Shown: in pieces, positions 44,351-58,170 of the stretch
How positions within the stretch are numbered: the first letter of the stretch is position 1
Layout: the number at the start of each line of letters is the position of its first letter
Origin: Eledone cirrhosa
Lineage: Eukaryota
NCBI GenBank assembly: GCA_964016885.1
Contig: OZ024743.1
Location: forward strand, 331,514,001-331,578,000
Length of the DNA: 64,000 bases
Direction of reading: 5' to 3'
Translations under genes and position numbers: made by a program
Notes under the pieces: generated by a model
Told to the model about the DNA's origin: nothing
The model's database searches: none
What the model saw: the letters and a program-made list of their open reading frames with translations, nothing else

Positions 44351-44786
44351 CTTCAACCCAATCAAGCATAGAACAATGGCTGTAAAATGATGATGATGAT
44401 ATATATGTGTGTGTTAGTGTGTCTGCGCATGTGTGTGTGTCACTGTGGTAGGCTTCTGTATCTGTAGTTATGTTAGTGTCTGTCAGTGTTTATATCTTCT
44501 AACTTAGCAGTTCAACGAAAAGGAGATTGTTAAAATAAGACTTGTAAAATATGTACAAGGGTTGATATGACTGACTGAAGGCAATGCCCCACTACAGATG
44601 CAGTCTAATGACTCAAATAAGTAAAAGAATAAAAGAAAAATATATATATATTTATGAATATAATATATATATATATTGAAGGCGGCCAACTGGACTAGAA
44701 ACTGCTAAATGTTTGGCTGCCTTCTTGTCTCTCTGCCTTTTCAGCCCCATGGATTGTGTCTATTATATTCCTTTGTTAAATTTCGA

Positions 44787-44844
44787 ATACCTGATGATGT
44801 TACCGGATTCATACTGAACCCAGTCATTGAAATGTTCATAGTAT
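44787..44844 (+). ncRNA. Type I hammerhead ribozyme motif, degenerate stem II
   Basis: atac-CTGATGA-...-GAAA-TGTTCA-TA-gtat, with a 4-bp stem I and a near-palindromic stem III. Confidence 0.55.
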
Positions 44845-45131
44845 AATAAACCTTTAAGGAATTACACCAGTCCAGCCTCCTGTTATTTTATAATAATTAA
44901 CTCCGTACTCACACCACCAACTACACAAACAAAGATGGGTGAGTTGCATTACGTTGAGTGCTCTCCCTAATATTACATTGAGGTTGACCATACGGAATGA
45001 CCAGTTCTATCCAGTGATGACCCAACAAACCTAAATGTATATATATATATATAATATTATTACATTGAATACAAAGTCAATTATTCTTACACATGGTGGC
45101 TCACAATATCTATATCCCTATCTATCTATCT

Positions 45132-45167
<36 letters not shown>

Positions 45168-45169
<2 letters not shown>

Positions 45170-46762
45170 ACAGTTACAGAAGTACCTAGCTAAAAGTAAG
45201 CCTTTGTACCTAGCATTTGTTAATCTGGAGAAAGCTTTCAACAGAGTGCCCTGTAACATAATTTGGTGGGCTCTGAGAAAACTAGGGATGAGTGGCTTGT
45301 GAAGGCTGTACAAGCCATGTATAGAGGAGCAGTCAGCAAAGTCAGGATTAACAATAACTATAGCGAGGAATTTAGCATACAAGTTGGCATCCACCAGGGC
45401 TCTGTTCTTAGCCCACTCCTATTTATTATCGTTTTGCAGGCTATAACAGAGGAGTTTAAGACCAGCTGCCTATGGGAACTTCAGTACGCAGATGATCTTA
45501 TGCTCATAGCTGATTCCATAGTTGAACTAGAGAAGAAATTCCAAACATGGAAGCAGGGCCTAGAAAGAAGGGGTTTTAAAGTCAACCTGATAAAGACTAA
45601 GTAATACAGAAGACTCGACTTCCTACGAGCGCAAGCCTATTTATGTAGGAAAGGTGTATGTAGAAACTCCATCCTCTGCCCCATATGCAAACTATGGGTA
45701 CACAAGATATGTAGTGGGATCTCAGGAAGTTTAGCTAAGAATGTAGCAGTTACACGGGAACAGTAAGCAGTGAACGACTGCTGGAAAAGGTGCTACGAAA
45801 TTCTGGGAGGGCTCTGTAGAAACAGTAGACAGCTTCTGCTACTTAGGTGACCGAATTAGAAGAGGTGGTGGGTGTTCTGAAAGTACAGTAGCCAGAGTTA
45901 AGAATGGGATGGGGTAAGTTCAGGGAGCTACTACCACTGCTGGCTACAAAAGGCTTCTCCCTTAGAATGAAAAGCAGACTGTATGATGCATGCATACAAA
46001 CAGCTATGTTGCATGGTAGTGAGACCTGGGCGCTGTGTGCAAAAGACTTGCGTAGATTGGAAAGAAATGAAGCTTGCATGCCCCAATGGATGTGTAATAG
46101 TAATATACAAGAACGGCGAAGCATAAATGAACTGAGAGAGAAACTGGGCATAAGAGGAATCAAATGCTGTGTGCAGGAGAGGAGATTGCGTTGGTATGGA
46201 CATGTGATGCGTATGAAGGATGACAGCTGCGAAAAAAAGTGCAGAATGCTCAAAGTCGATGGAAGCCTTGGAGTGGGGAGACACAGGAAGACTTGGAATG
46301 AGGTGATAAAAGCCAACCTTGCCCAATTGCACCTCAAAGGCTGAGATCTCTGGCGATATGCAGTAATACAGAAGACCCGACTTCCCATGAGCACAAGCTG
46401 AAGCATATATACAGTATGCCCCAACCCAACCCACCTTCCCATACACAACCAGGAGGACAAGCCAAAGTAAATGCATCCAGTGAAGCCCCCCAGCCCATGC
46501 TGGAAAGTGGTCGTGATGGTGACACGACAAAAAGCACCCAGCCCACACTGTAAAGTGGTTGTGTAGGCGTCACAACAAAAAGGACTCAGTCCTCACTGTA
46601 AATTGAGGTTGACATTAGGAAGGGCATCCAGCTGCAGAAGCTAAGCCAGAACCAGACTGGTATGAGCAAGACATGGTAACCTGACCTAGGATTGCCCACA
46701 ACAGGACAACCCTTCTAACCCATGCTAGCATGGAAAATGGAAACGATGGAGGTGATGATGAT
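45168..46762 (+). mobile_element. RTE-clade LINE, subfamily B-like, truncated and decayed
   Basis: GIHQGSVLSPLLF, YADD and RRLRWYGHV in broken frames, followed by the tail. Confidence 0.88.
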
Positions 46763-46798
46763 ATGTGTGTATACACACAAATATGTATATATAAACCA

Positions 46799-46867
<69 letters not shown>

Positions 46868-46924
46868 CATATGTGTATGTGTGTATATATACACATATAT
46901 ATGTGTGTGTATGTTATGCTGGTT

Positions 46925-47275
46925 CCCCAAAACTTCCACTGTAAAGAGGTTGTGTAGGTGTTATGTCAAAAAGCACCAAGCCAATACTGTAAAGTGGTCA
47001 TGTAAAAGACACAACAAAAAGCACCCAGCACACACTGAAAATGTGGTTGCCACTAGGAAGGGCATCCAGCATGCACTGAAAATGTGGTTGCCGCTAGGAA
47101 GGGTACCCAGTACACACTGTAAATGTGGTTGGCACTAGGAAGGGCATCCAGCTGTAGAAAACCAGCCAGAAATAGTCCTATATGAATGAGACACGGTCAC
47201 CTGACCCAACTTGCCTCTAAATAGAACAAACCCATGCTAGCATGGAAGATAGACGTTAAATGATGATGATGATGA
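46925..47275 (+). mobile_element. RTE 3'-UTR / SINE tail fragment with a triplicated ~40 bp motif
   Basis: cactg(a/t)aaatgtggttg.c.ctaggaaggg occurs three times, then ccatgctagcatgg and (GAT)n. Confidence 0.7.
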
Positions 47276-47340
47276 TATATATAGATAGATAGATAGATAT
47301 AAAATGGAAAACGAAAGAGAATTTGCTTCAAAGTCACTAG

Positions 47341-47433
47341 ACGTATCTGAGGAACTTGCGAATCCAGAGTCAGGTTCGATCCACAAACAGATCGCACCTC
47401 GAGCTGTTCGCCGGAGAAACAATTGTAATACGT
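47341..47433 (+). ncRNA. Type I hammerhead ribozyme motif with an extended (~60 nt) stem II
   Basis: acgtat-CTGAGGA-[gcgaa...cgatc/gatcg...ttcgc]-GAAA-CAATTG-TA-atacgt, with a perfect 6-bp stem I, palindromic stem III and a GUA site. Confidence 0.7.
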
Positions 47434-47556
47434 AATAAATTGTGTTCCGATGCATCACTGATTCTTTGTTTTCCATTTTATCATACTCTGCTCCGAAAGA
47501 GCATAGAGTGCTCAACCGGCATACCACCTATGGATGCATCATAGCAACCATACAAC

Positions 47557-47629
<73 letters not shown>

Positions 47630-47640
47630 AAAAAGTATGA

Positions 47641-47701
47641 CCCCGACGGCAGAGCTCAAGCCGTTTCGACGGCTATATATGATTAATCTAGCCACCATTA
47701 A
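47641..47701 (-). ncRNA. Damaged or truncated hammerhead-like motif
   Basis: Minus strand: ggtggcta...tagccgtc-GAAA-cggc ttgagctct gccg-TC. The CUGANGA box is degraded and the 5' strand of stem I is missing. Confidence 0.35.
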
Positions 47702-47776
47702 ATATATATATATGGAGAAAAAAAAATTGCCCAAAAGTATGAAAGCATAAACATAACACATATCATATACATATAT

Positions 47777-49686
47777 CAGGTCATGAAGGTCACGGAAAAA
47801 GTAATAGCGCAACTAATCAGAGAGAGAATTGATCTAGATGAAATGCAGTTCGGGTTTGTGTCAGGCAAAAGTACCACAGACGCTCTTTTCATTGTACGAC
47901 AACTACAGGAGAAGTACCTAGCTAAAAGTAAACCCCTATACTTAGCTTTTGTCGACTTGGAGAAAGCCTTCGACAGAGTCCCCCGTTCCATTATCTGGTG
48001 GTCTCTTAGAAAACTAGGTGTTGACGAATGGCTTGTGAGAGCTATACAAGCCATGTATAAAGAAACAGTCAGTAAGGTTAGAATTAACAACGAATATAGT
48101 GAAGAGTTTAGCGTAAAAGTTGGTGTCCATCAAGGCTCTGTACTTAGCCCCCTACTATTTATTATTGCCCTTCAGGCTATAACAGAGGAGTTCAAGACCG
48201 GCTGCCCATGGGAACTCCTATACGCAGATGATCTAACGCTCATAGCTGAATCAATGACCGAACTAGAGAAGAAATTCCAAACGTGGAAGCACGGCCTAGA
48301 ATCAAAAGGCCTTAAAATTAACCTGGCTAAGACTAAAGTTCTAGTTTGTAGGAAAGAAAATAAGGCGGCGGTCCCATCGGGGAAATGGCCATGCTCAGTG
48401 TGTAGGAAAGGCGTAGGTAGAAACTCCATTTTATGTCCCAAATGCAAAGTATGGGTGCATAAAAGATGTAGTGGGATCACAGGTAAGCTAACTAAGAACA
48501 TAGATTTTACATGTGGCCGGTGCTCTGGTGCAATAAGTAGCAGCAAGTGCCCACAGAATACTAGCTCCTTCAACTGCGCAGAGGGTTCTATAGAAATAGT
48601 GGACAGCTTCCGTTATCTGGGTGACAAAATCAGCAGTGGGGGAGGGTGCTCTGAAAGTACAGTAGCTAGAGTCAGAACTGGATGGAAAAAGTTCAGAGAG
48701 CTTATACCACTATTAACCGCTAGAGGGTTCTCCCTAAAAATGAAAGGCAGGTTATACGATGCCTGCATACGAACAGCAATGCTGCATGGCAGTGAGACCT
48801 GGGCATTGTGTGCAGAGGATATACGCAGACTAGAGAGGAACGAAGCTAGCATGCTCCGCTGGATGTGCAATAGTAATATACGTGAACGGCAAAGCATAAA
48901 CGAACTAAGGAAAAAATTAGAAATAAGAGGGATCAGATGTTGTTTACTCGAGAGAAGGCTACGTTGGTACGGTCACGTGATGCGCATGAAAGACGACAGC
49001 TGTATAACAAAGTGCAGGGCAATAAAGATAGACGGTAGCCACGGAGTAGGCAGACCCAGAAAAACATGGGACGAGCTGATAAATTCCGACCTCACACGCT
49101 TACACCTCTCCAAGACAATGTCACTGGACCGAGACCTTTGGCGGTACTCAGTAATAGAGAAGACCCGCCTTACCTAAATACAAAGTAAAAACCTACTACA
49201 GTCAGTAGGCACCTCTATCAAAACACACCCCCGTCCCACCACCTCCACCCCACCCACACCGCCCCTTTCAATGTAAAGTTATGTTGGTCCCACAACATCC
49301 AGGCCGAAACAAATGAGATCGTGTAGGTGTCACGACAAAAAACACATAGTCCACGCTGTAAATGTGGCCGTGTAGGCAACACGGTAAAAACCTCCCAGCC
49401 CCACACTGTAAATGTGGTTGGTGTTAGGAAGGGCATCCAGCTGTAGAAAACCCGCCAGACAGTCCACGCTGTAATGTGGCCGTGTAGGCAACACGGTAAA
49501 AACCTCCCAGCCCCACACTGTAAATGTGGTTGGTGTTAGGAAGGGCATCCAACTGTAGAAAACCCGCCAGACAGTCCTATGCGAGCAAGACAACCACTCT
49601 TGCCTCAAGTGGGAAAACCCCCGTCCAAACCCATGCAAGCGTGGAACACGGACGCTAAACCTGATGATGATGATGATGATGATGAT
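47777..49686 (+). mobile_element. RTE-clade LINE, subfamily A, 5'-truncated inside the RT; open ORF 47783-49177 with YADD and PHD; duplicated 3'UTR block
   Basis: ORF track plus direct comparison with the other copies; (GAT)n tail running into (AT)n. Confidence 0.93.
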
Positions 49687-49687
49687 A

Positions 49688-49721
<34 letters not shown>

Positions 49722-49738
49722 CATATATATATATACAC

Positions 49739-49818
<80 letters not shown>

Positions 49819-49973
49819 CAACACAAAGTTATTTTATCTCCCCATCGATAGGAAGCAATACCTTTACACACATATTTCATTTATATTTTGATTTATTCCT
49901 ACCTAAATTGCCAAATATGTCTATTGCTTTCAGTCATCCGTTCTTTAAAGTTTATAGTTAAATGGTGTGTGTG

Positions 49974-50026
<53 letters not shown>

Positions 50027-50051
50027 GCATAAATAAATATATATATGTGCG

Positions 50052-50087
<36 letters not shown>

Positions 50088-50118
50088 CATGCATAAATAT
50101 ATATGTATATGTGCATAA

Positions 50119-50156
<38 letters not shown>

Positions 50157-50357
50157 ATAAATATATATATATATATATATGCTTTAGAATATACATACAT
50201 ATGCTGGTGTTTGTATTTTTTATGAATGCTTTGATTTGAATAGTTTTATGTGAAATTGTACCTGAAATACAAAAATATCAGTAAAAATATGTCACACATA
50301 CACATACTTGTATAAATACACACATACTTGTATAAATACACACATACTTGTATAAAT

Positions 50358-50388
<31 letters not shown>

Positions 50389-51013
50389 TATATGAAATTC
50401 TGTACATATATTTTTTTATTCAATTTTATATGAGTGACAAAAACTTAGTGAAGCTGAAAGTATGATAGATTGTTAAAGTAAAATCTCAATATTTAGTCAA
50501 TAAGTAAGAAATTAACTATGAAATTAGAGATTTATAGTCGCACAGATTGATTTTGGGGGTTGATTTCGTTATTTTTTTTAGAGGATATTTATTAGAGGAA
50601 CGGGATGTGTATGCATGTAGAGATATCAATCTATATGGCTATGTGTATATACATAGAAGATTTTATCTATTATATCTGTAACATATGTTACCAAAATATC
50701 TGATTGCAATATAGGTACACTTGGTTACATGCATATATGTGTGTGTGTGTATATATATATATACACACACACACAGAGAAAGTGGACAACACAGAGAGAA
50801 GGGGGGAGAGAAAAAGTAAGAAAGAGATAGAGCAAACAGAGAAAGAGAGAGAGAAAGTGAACATCAGAAAGAGGAGAGAGAAAGAGAGAGACAGATAAAG
50901 CGAACAACAGAGTGAGGAGAGAGAGAAAGAGAGAATGGATGAAGGCATGGCTGTGTTGTTAAGAAGTCTGTTTCACAACCATGTGGTTTCAGGCTTAGTG
51001 TTCACAAAGGACT

Positions 51014-51603
51014 TGACAACTTCTCTAGTTCTGTTGCTATTATATGTGGCATCCAGTACACTCTGTAAAAGGGCTGGCAGTCGAATGGAGAGACCAAAGG
51101 TTTGAGATGACATGACAACCTCTCTAGTTCTGTTGCTATTATATGTGGCATCCAGTACACTCTGTAAAAGGGCTAGCAGTCGAATGGAGAGACCAAAGGT
51201 TTGAGATGACATGACAACCTCTCTAGTTCTGTTGCTATTATATGTGGCATCCAGTACACTCTGTAAAAGGGCTGGCAGTCGAATGGAGAGACCAAAGGTT
51301 TGAGATGACATGACAACCTCTCTAGTTCTGTTGCTATTATGTGACATCCAGTACACTCTGTAAAAGGGCTGGCAGTCGAATGGAGAGACCAAAGGTTTGA
51401 GATGACATGACAACCTCTCTAGTTCTGTTGCTATTATATGTGGCATCCAGTACACTCTGTAAAAGGGCTGGCAGTCGAATGGAGAGACCAAAGGTTTGAG
51501 ATCACATGACAACCTCTCTAGTTCTGTTGCTATTATATGTGACATCCAGTACACTCTGTAAAGGGGCTGGCAGTCGAATGGGGAAGCCAAAGATTTGAGA
51601 TGA
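51014..51603. repeat. 99-bp tandem repeat (about 6 copies) amplified from a SINE-like body
   Basis: tgacaac starts at 51014, 51113, 51212, 51311, 51408 and 51507. A degenerate tRNA-like head precedes it at about 50942-51010. Confidence 0.88.
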
Positions 51604-51660
51604 CTCTTTGATGTCATGACAGATTCTCTAATGCTGGTAGTATTATTATATTATGTTATA

Positions 51661-51870
51661 GGGCAGAGTGATTGGCAGTATTGGCAGAGCATCAGACACT
51701 ATGCTTTGCGGCATACAGTTACATTCTGAATTCAAATCCCGCCAAGGTTAGCTTGGCCTTTCATCCTTACGGAGTTGATAAAATAAAGCACCACTAAAAC
51801 ACTGAAGTCAATTTAATCAACTTTCCCCTCTCCTAAAATTGTTGGCCTTGTGCCTAAATCAGAAACCATT
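51661..51870 (+). mobile_element. tRNA-derived SINE (same family as about 4620-4715 and 52390-52525, both minus)
   Basis: ttcaaatcccgcc..ggtt..cttggcctttcatcc...gataaaataa...ggccttgtgcctaaa. Confidence 0.65.
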
Positions 51871-53310
51871 ATTATATTATAAAATGTACCCAGTATGCTC
51901 AGTATGTGACAAGGCTGGCTACCTTTGAATTACAAGTGAAGTCTATTTGACAGTCTTCCAAACAGTTTCCATCTATCCAATTTCTTTCACGGAGTGTGGG
52001 TTAACTCAAGGAAAATGTAAATGACACTTACCCAAGATGCCTCAGATTGGGATCCAACTCTCGACCTATTGCATGCATACATGGACCCCATAACACCCAA
52101 GGGAATCATAGGGGTGTTGTATTGACATACAGCATTTCTAGGGAATTTTAAAATTTGGTGGAGTCCATCTCCTCTCCAGATCTGAATACAGTAGATTTCT
52201 TCCAGAGAAGGATAGAGATCAACTCTTGCAGGGAAAGATATTCTGAGGGAGCCAGTATTCTGGGGAGGGAAGACTGTAGTGGTATAGTGGTTACAGCAAA
52301 GCCTGGATATGAGACACAATATGAGTGATGAGAGTCAGAGAGAAGGATAGAGGGTGAGGGACAGGCAGTGAGAAAGAGATATAGAGGGAGAATCGACCCC
52401 AGTACTTGACTGGTACTTTTTTATCAACCTTGAATGGATGAAAGGCAAAGTTGACCTCGGTGGGATTTGAACTCTGAAACAAATACAAGGTATTCTATTT
52501 GACGCTCTAATAACTCTGACAATTCACTCCTATCAGGACCTAATGATTATGGTGCACACACCTTAAATATTCACTCATTTTGTGTACACCACATAAAGCT
52601 AAACCATTATTATATACCATAGATAATGTCATAGTGAAACAAAAATATAAGAGGACAGATTTAGTTATATGTATGGAAGAGTGTAATAGCTACAAATTCA
52701 GAAAACTCCTTGACCTGGCTCTTGTCAACACTCCAATAATAATAGGAAATAGCTTTAACATTTCAACTGATTCCTGTTCATTAATATCACTGCCACCAAT
52801 AATCTGAGATTCTGATTCCATTCACAACTTCTCAATAATCAATATTAAACCATTTACATTAGTCTGTCAGATTATGTCATTTATATGTATATTTATGTGT
52901 GCACACACATGTTCATGAATACACATGCACTCACACTTACAATGTATATATATATATATATATATAGATATATATATGCAGATATATATATACATGCATA
53001 CACACATGCGCAAGCACATACACACGCACACACATTGTACATTCATGCACACACACTGTCACATACATACACACGCTTTAAATAAAGATATATATATAAA
53101 TATATAAAAATGTATGTGTGCATGCACGCACACAGACTTGTATACACACAGACTCTGTATGTATATGTATGTGCATGCAGATATATAAATATATATATAT
53201 ATGTATATGTATGTACATGTATATATATATAAATATATCCCTTCCATATACTGTACCAATTGAGTTGTTATTTCTGTTTACCTTTTACATACACACACAC
53301 ACACACACAC

Positions 53311-53450
<140 letters not shown>

Positions 53451-54219
53451 TGTACACATCACAGTTAAAAATATATATTTTTTAATTCCTTCATTCCAAC
53501 AATTGCTATGAAGTTCCACAAGAAAAATTTACCACTACTGGCGCCACCACCACCATCACCACTGCCAGCATCACCACCACCACTACCACTATCACCAACA
53601 CCACTGCCACCCCCATCATCATCACCAACACCATCACCACTGCCACCATCACAGGTATCATGTTGATAATAGCTTTATTTTCTCACCTTTAATACAGTTT
53701 CTTGGCAATTGAACATACATAAATACACACATACACATATATATATATACACACACACACATATATATATACACACACACACGAACAAAACACATGCACA
53801 CACATATATTTAGATATATACACAGACATATACAAGCACACACACCAACACATCCACACGCACAAACTCAGCTACACACTCATATACAGACATATACCTT
53901 CACACATATATATACTTACAAATACACCAAGATACTTACACTTACATACAAACAGACACACATAAACACACATATGTACACACACGCTATGTTCAATCTA
54001 TTCATGATATTCTGAGGAGTAAAAATGATAAGAAAATTCAAAATTAAGAAATCCCATTAAAATCTAAATTTAAAAACTATATTTCTGGTGATTATATAGC
54101 ATATATGTATGTTTCTATAAATATATATATATATATAAATGGCTTCTGCAGGACTAGAACTGTTTCATTCGAGAGAAATCATACTCAATACACAACAGAG
54201 TATAAATATTTAATATGTG

Positions 54220-54259
<40 letters not shown>

Positions 54260-54293
54260 AATATATTCGTGTTTATTAAGACTAAATAGTGAG

Positions 54294-54343
54294 TCTTGTT
54301 ACACTGGAGTTTCGTCTGTTTATCACAGGCTCATCAGGCAAGA
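54294..54343 (-). ncRNA. Hammerhead ribozyme-like motif (imperfect cleavage junction)
   Basis: Minus strand: tcttgc-CTGATGA-gcctgt gataa acagac-GAAA-CTCCAG-T-gta-acaaga. Confidence 0.5.
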
Positions 54344-54459
54344 TAAAGAGGCAAAATCCAGATTCACTTTTTAGCCTTAATATAAATGAATATTAAAACT
54401 GTACTTCAATGTTGCGTACTCCTTTCTCTCAGCCATCAATTACATGCGGATATATATAT

Positions 54460-54590
54460 GATGAGTTGTCCTGTTGTGGGCAATGCCTAGGTCAGGTGAC
54501 CATGTGCTAGGCATTGCCCACAACAGAACAACTCATCGAACCCATGCTAGTGTGGAAAAATGGACATAAAACAGGGATGATGATGATATA
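54460..54590 (+). mobile_element. Short RTE tail insertion with a 5' fold-back inversion
   Basis: 31-bp arms at 54460-54490 and 54507-54537, then ccatgctag..gg and (GAT)n. Confidence 0.7.
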
Positions 54591-55149
54591 TGTATATGTA
54601 CATATATATATAAGTTCCCGTTCCACCCTTGCAAGCAGGGAAAAGTGGACGTAAAATGATGATGATGATGATGTGTGTGTGTGTATGTGTTTGTATAGCT
54701 ATAGCTTTCCAAATGTTTATTTATGAATATACCGTATTTCTTTAGAAATACGAAATTCCAATACATATCTGTATACAGCTATGCTTGAAGTTAAATTCTA
54801 ATTCTATCTTATTCTATAGGACCATGACAAGTGGAGAGATGCTGTGCTGAATAGGACCCGTCCCACCTTTGCAAGCAGGGAAAAGCGGACGTAAAATGAT
54901 GATGATGATATATATATATATATATATATCATCATCATTTAATGCCCATTTTACTAATCACATATTAGAGATTACTGATACAACAAACCTGGCTAAATAA
55001 TTGGTCCAAATGATCAGTGTAATTATTGAGATATTGGTGGTGCCCCAGCTTGGCCTCAGTCTCTTGGCTAAAGCATGTAATAGAGTAATAGAATAATATT
55101 AGATCTTGAAATTTGGGTAAGAAGACCTGATTTGACACAACAAACAGTC

Positions 55150-58050
55150 ATTTTGAATGTCCTTGCATTTATAAATTTCAATGTAATTTCATTTCTACTT
55201 GTCCAATCATTATCAAAATTGGTATCCAACCTAATTTCCAAGTGAGGAATCCACCAAAACTATTGAAAATTGTGATACAAGCAATGTGGCATGTGTTTTT
55301 TTCCCCTATAGATAAATATACAGGCATTCAAATTTCAAATTTACAAAAAAATTGTCACCTAAATTGAATTCTTTCCCCAAATGCCCAACTTACATTTTAA
55401 ATTGTTTTACATAAGATGGAAGAAAACTTAGTTCTGCTAATTTCATACAAAAGATTCCCTTAAAAAATGTTATAGTACATAAACTTTTTGAATTGCTTTC
55501 CATGTTATAGAAAATGAACATTAAACTGTGATGATGATGAAATCTCTATATTGCACATCATGTTTACATAGATGTAATCTCATCATCTCAATAAAACTTG
55601 AGATAGGTTTAGAAGAAATATTATGATGAGTTCAGCTTTATTTTGTTTCTTATGGTCAGAAGTATTGATAAATATAGTTAAATTATTGCATCATATCTAA
55701 ACTGTATGATGATTTAAGAATATTTAACAAGATACAAACTAGCTTTAATAAAAGTGAGAAATTTTATGAACATGAAAAATTGAACAAGTAAAGGAAGCAG
55801 TAACTAAGAAAGTTGGAATAATGCTGAAGCTAAATCCAGAACATCTTCAACCACAAAAGGATAAAGGAAGCAATCTCATGTCTTGAATAATTCTCTCTGT
55901 CCCTTATTAATTTTTCAGATCCCCCCTCCCCACGCTTATTTGATTTTCCAACCCCTTTTTCCCCAGCTTGTTCTGACTCCCCAGCTTATTCCACCCCACT
56001 CCCACCCCATATTATTTAGAACCTGAGAGTAAACAACAAATTGAAAACAGAAGCTGATGATCTTGATCACTTAGCTTGTGAAATGAAGGAAAAACTCATA
56101 ACTTCAACACACGATCAAAGTTTCCAATATTGACATTAACCGCCAAATCATAGTCACTGATGTATGGAGCCAAGGAGGTATCTAGTGGTACTGTGTGTAA
56201 GGCCATGATTTTGTTGGAACAAAGAGGATTGTCATGATTGTGACTATAACAGTAGTATTTGCATGATTTATCATTGTACATCTTGTCTGGAGACATAGTT
56301 GTAGAGACATATTTAGAAAATAACTATAAACATTTAAACACTGGATAAGTATTGATAGAGCAGATTTGATTTCATAAACATTTTGGCATATATAACATTA
56401 ATGTGTGAAAAATTAAACAATCTTACAGTTCATTCTTACATTGCAAATTTCAAGCTAAACACTTATCATTCTTGAAAGAGAGTTTAAGTGAAGATGAACT
56501 TATTGTCCTTGGTGATTTTGCAGGAAAATACAATTTCATTGTACAACATGAAATCCATGGATTCCATTGAAATAAGTAGTTGAGTACACTATATTCTATT
56601 GTTATTTGATTTAATGACAATGAACTAAAATTCATTTCCTAATGTATATTATCAGATGATCTTGAGCATGGCGTGTTTTGTTTGGAAAGCTATGTTTGAG
56701 CCTGTTTCCTATATAAAAGAGAATATTTTTAATAGCATCAACAAAATTCATTACTTTTAGGATGGTTGTGTTGCATTCTTTAATTTATTTCACCACTATG
56801 AAGATTTTCAAATCAAATATGTGTGGAATTATTTTGCTGCAAGTCATGGGAAGTCCACTTGCAACATGTATCAAGTGATCAAATCTGTTCAGTATTAGAT
56901 ATATTTCAGTCTTGTTGACAAAACATAAGTGGCACTAGTTTCCTGTTCATAAACAAAGATGTTATGCATGGTATGAGGTTGAAGTTAGAGAAACAGTTCT
57001 CAACAGCACAAATTCTTCTAGGTACCCAAGTTTTAACCAATTTATTCCAGCCGTCCATATGCATTGCTACTAAAAGAGTTTCTGAGGATTTCGAGCAAGA
57101 CATGGTCATCTGATCTGGATTGTCTCACAGCAGGACAACTTGTCTAACCCATGCTAGCATGAAAAAAATTGACACCAAACCGTAATGTTGATGGTAATGA
57201 TGATGCCATATTATGCTCAACAGTTTAATTTGGTAGCCAATTATGCAACCAAAATAAAATTACAGATATTTGTTGTATGCCTTTACTATAGACAGAAACA
57301 GATTGGAATGGTGTCTGAAGTTGATCAAGATTTATTAATTAAATTTCCTAGCATTTCTTTTTCATAAAAATATATGTTGAGTGAGAGCCATTTACAAATA
57401 TCATTTCTACCATAAAACACCGTTTTCTTCAACATCAGCACAACAATATTTTCTAGATGTCTGCGATTCAAATAATACTGACAGCTGTATGCACAATTAT
57501 TCTTATGTTTGAAATAATTTTCTGCACCACCTTGTCTTATTTTTCTGTACATACTTGTATATAAATTGACTTATAATGTTATATTGGTGTCATTATTACT
57601 CTATTTAAAGTATCAGTATTGAACTCAAGATAATCTTACCTTGAAGCAATAATGATTAATAGACAATTTAAATATAAAACTCTGTAATTTTGATATAATT
57701 CTGGGGATGAAGTGATGCATTAAACTAGAAAAGGTTACCGATATACTAAAGTAGGATTTATATTTTTACATTACAATTACTACCTAATGGTTTATTTACA
57801 ATAAAACTAAAGAGTGCCCAAAACAATTTGTGCATGGATTAAAGTACAACTAAATATATTTTATTCGGTATAAAATTGACCATTATTGAAAAAGGCATGA
57901 GAAATTTTCAAGATTGGCTGGTCAAGATTTCAAATTTGCTGAATTATTTAAAAAACTACAAAAACATAGCTGTTCTTATGATATTTTTGATAACATTTTT
58001 TAAGTCCTCACACTAAAATTGGGGTGGGTACCAAATTTCAACAGATGTTT
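55150..58050 (+). mobile_element. Decayed DNA transposon, Sola2-like transposase remnant (about 56330-57090) with degenerate long terminal inverted repeats
   Basis: LIVLGDFAGKYNFIVQHEIHGFH*, ILSDDLEH, IHYF*DGC and WNYFAASHGKSTC fit the DF.ENY..Q.E.Q..HW / SDG / FFATSHGK..CDG pattern. 55215-55250 is roughly the reverse complement of 58003-58038. The superfamily assignment is from memory. Confidence 0.6.
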
Positions 58051-58170
58051 TTCCTAACACATTAACTATATATACATATGTATTAACAACAGAATAAGCA
58101 CATGTGCTTTTTCTCCCAATTTTCCTCTCATCACTCTTTGCTTTCTATTTATCTTCTATTTCTAACTCTA

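Noticed and set aside
50973-51617. 214-aa repetitive ORF
   Set aside because: It is the product of the 99-bp tandem repeat and switches frame at the 97-bp unit.
56054-56090. CTGATGA...GAAA spacing
   Set aside because: No stem I, II or III pairing, so not a hammerhead.
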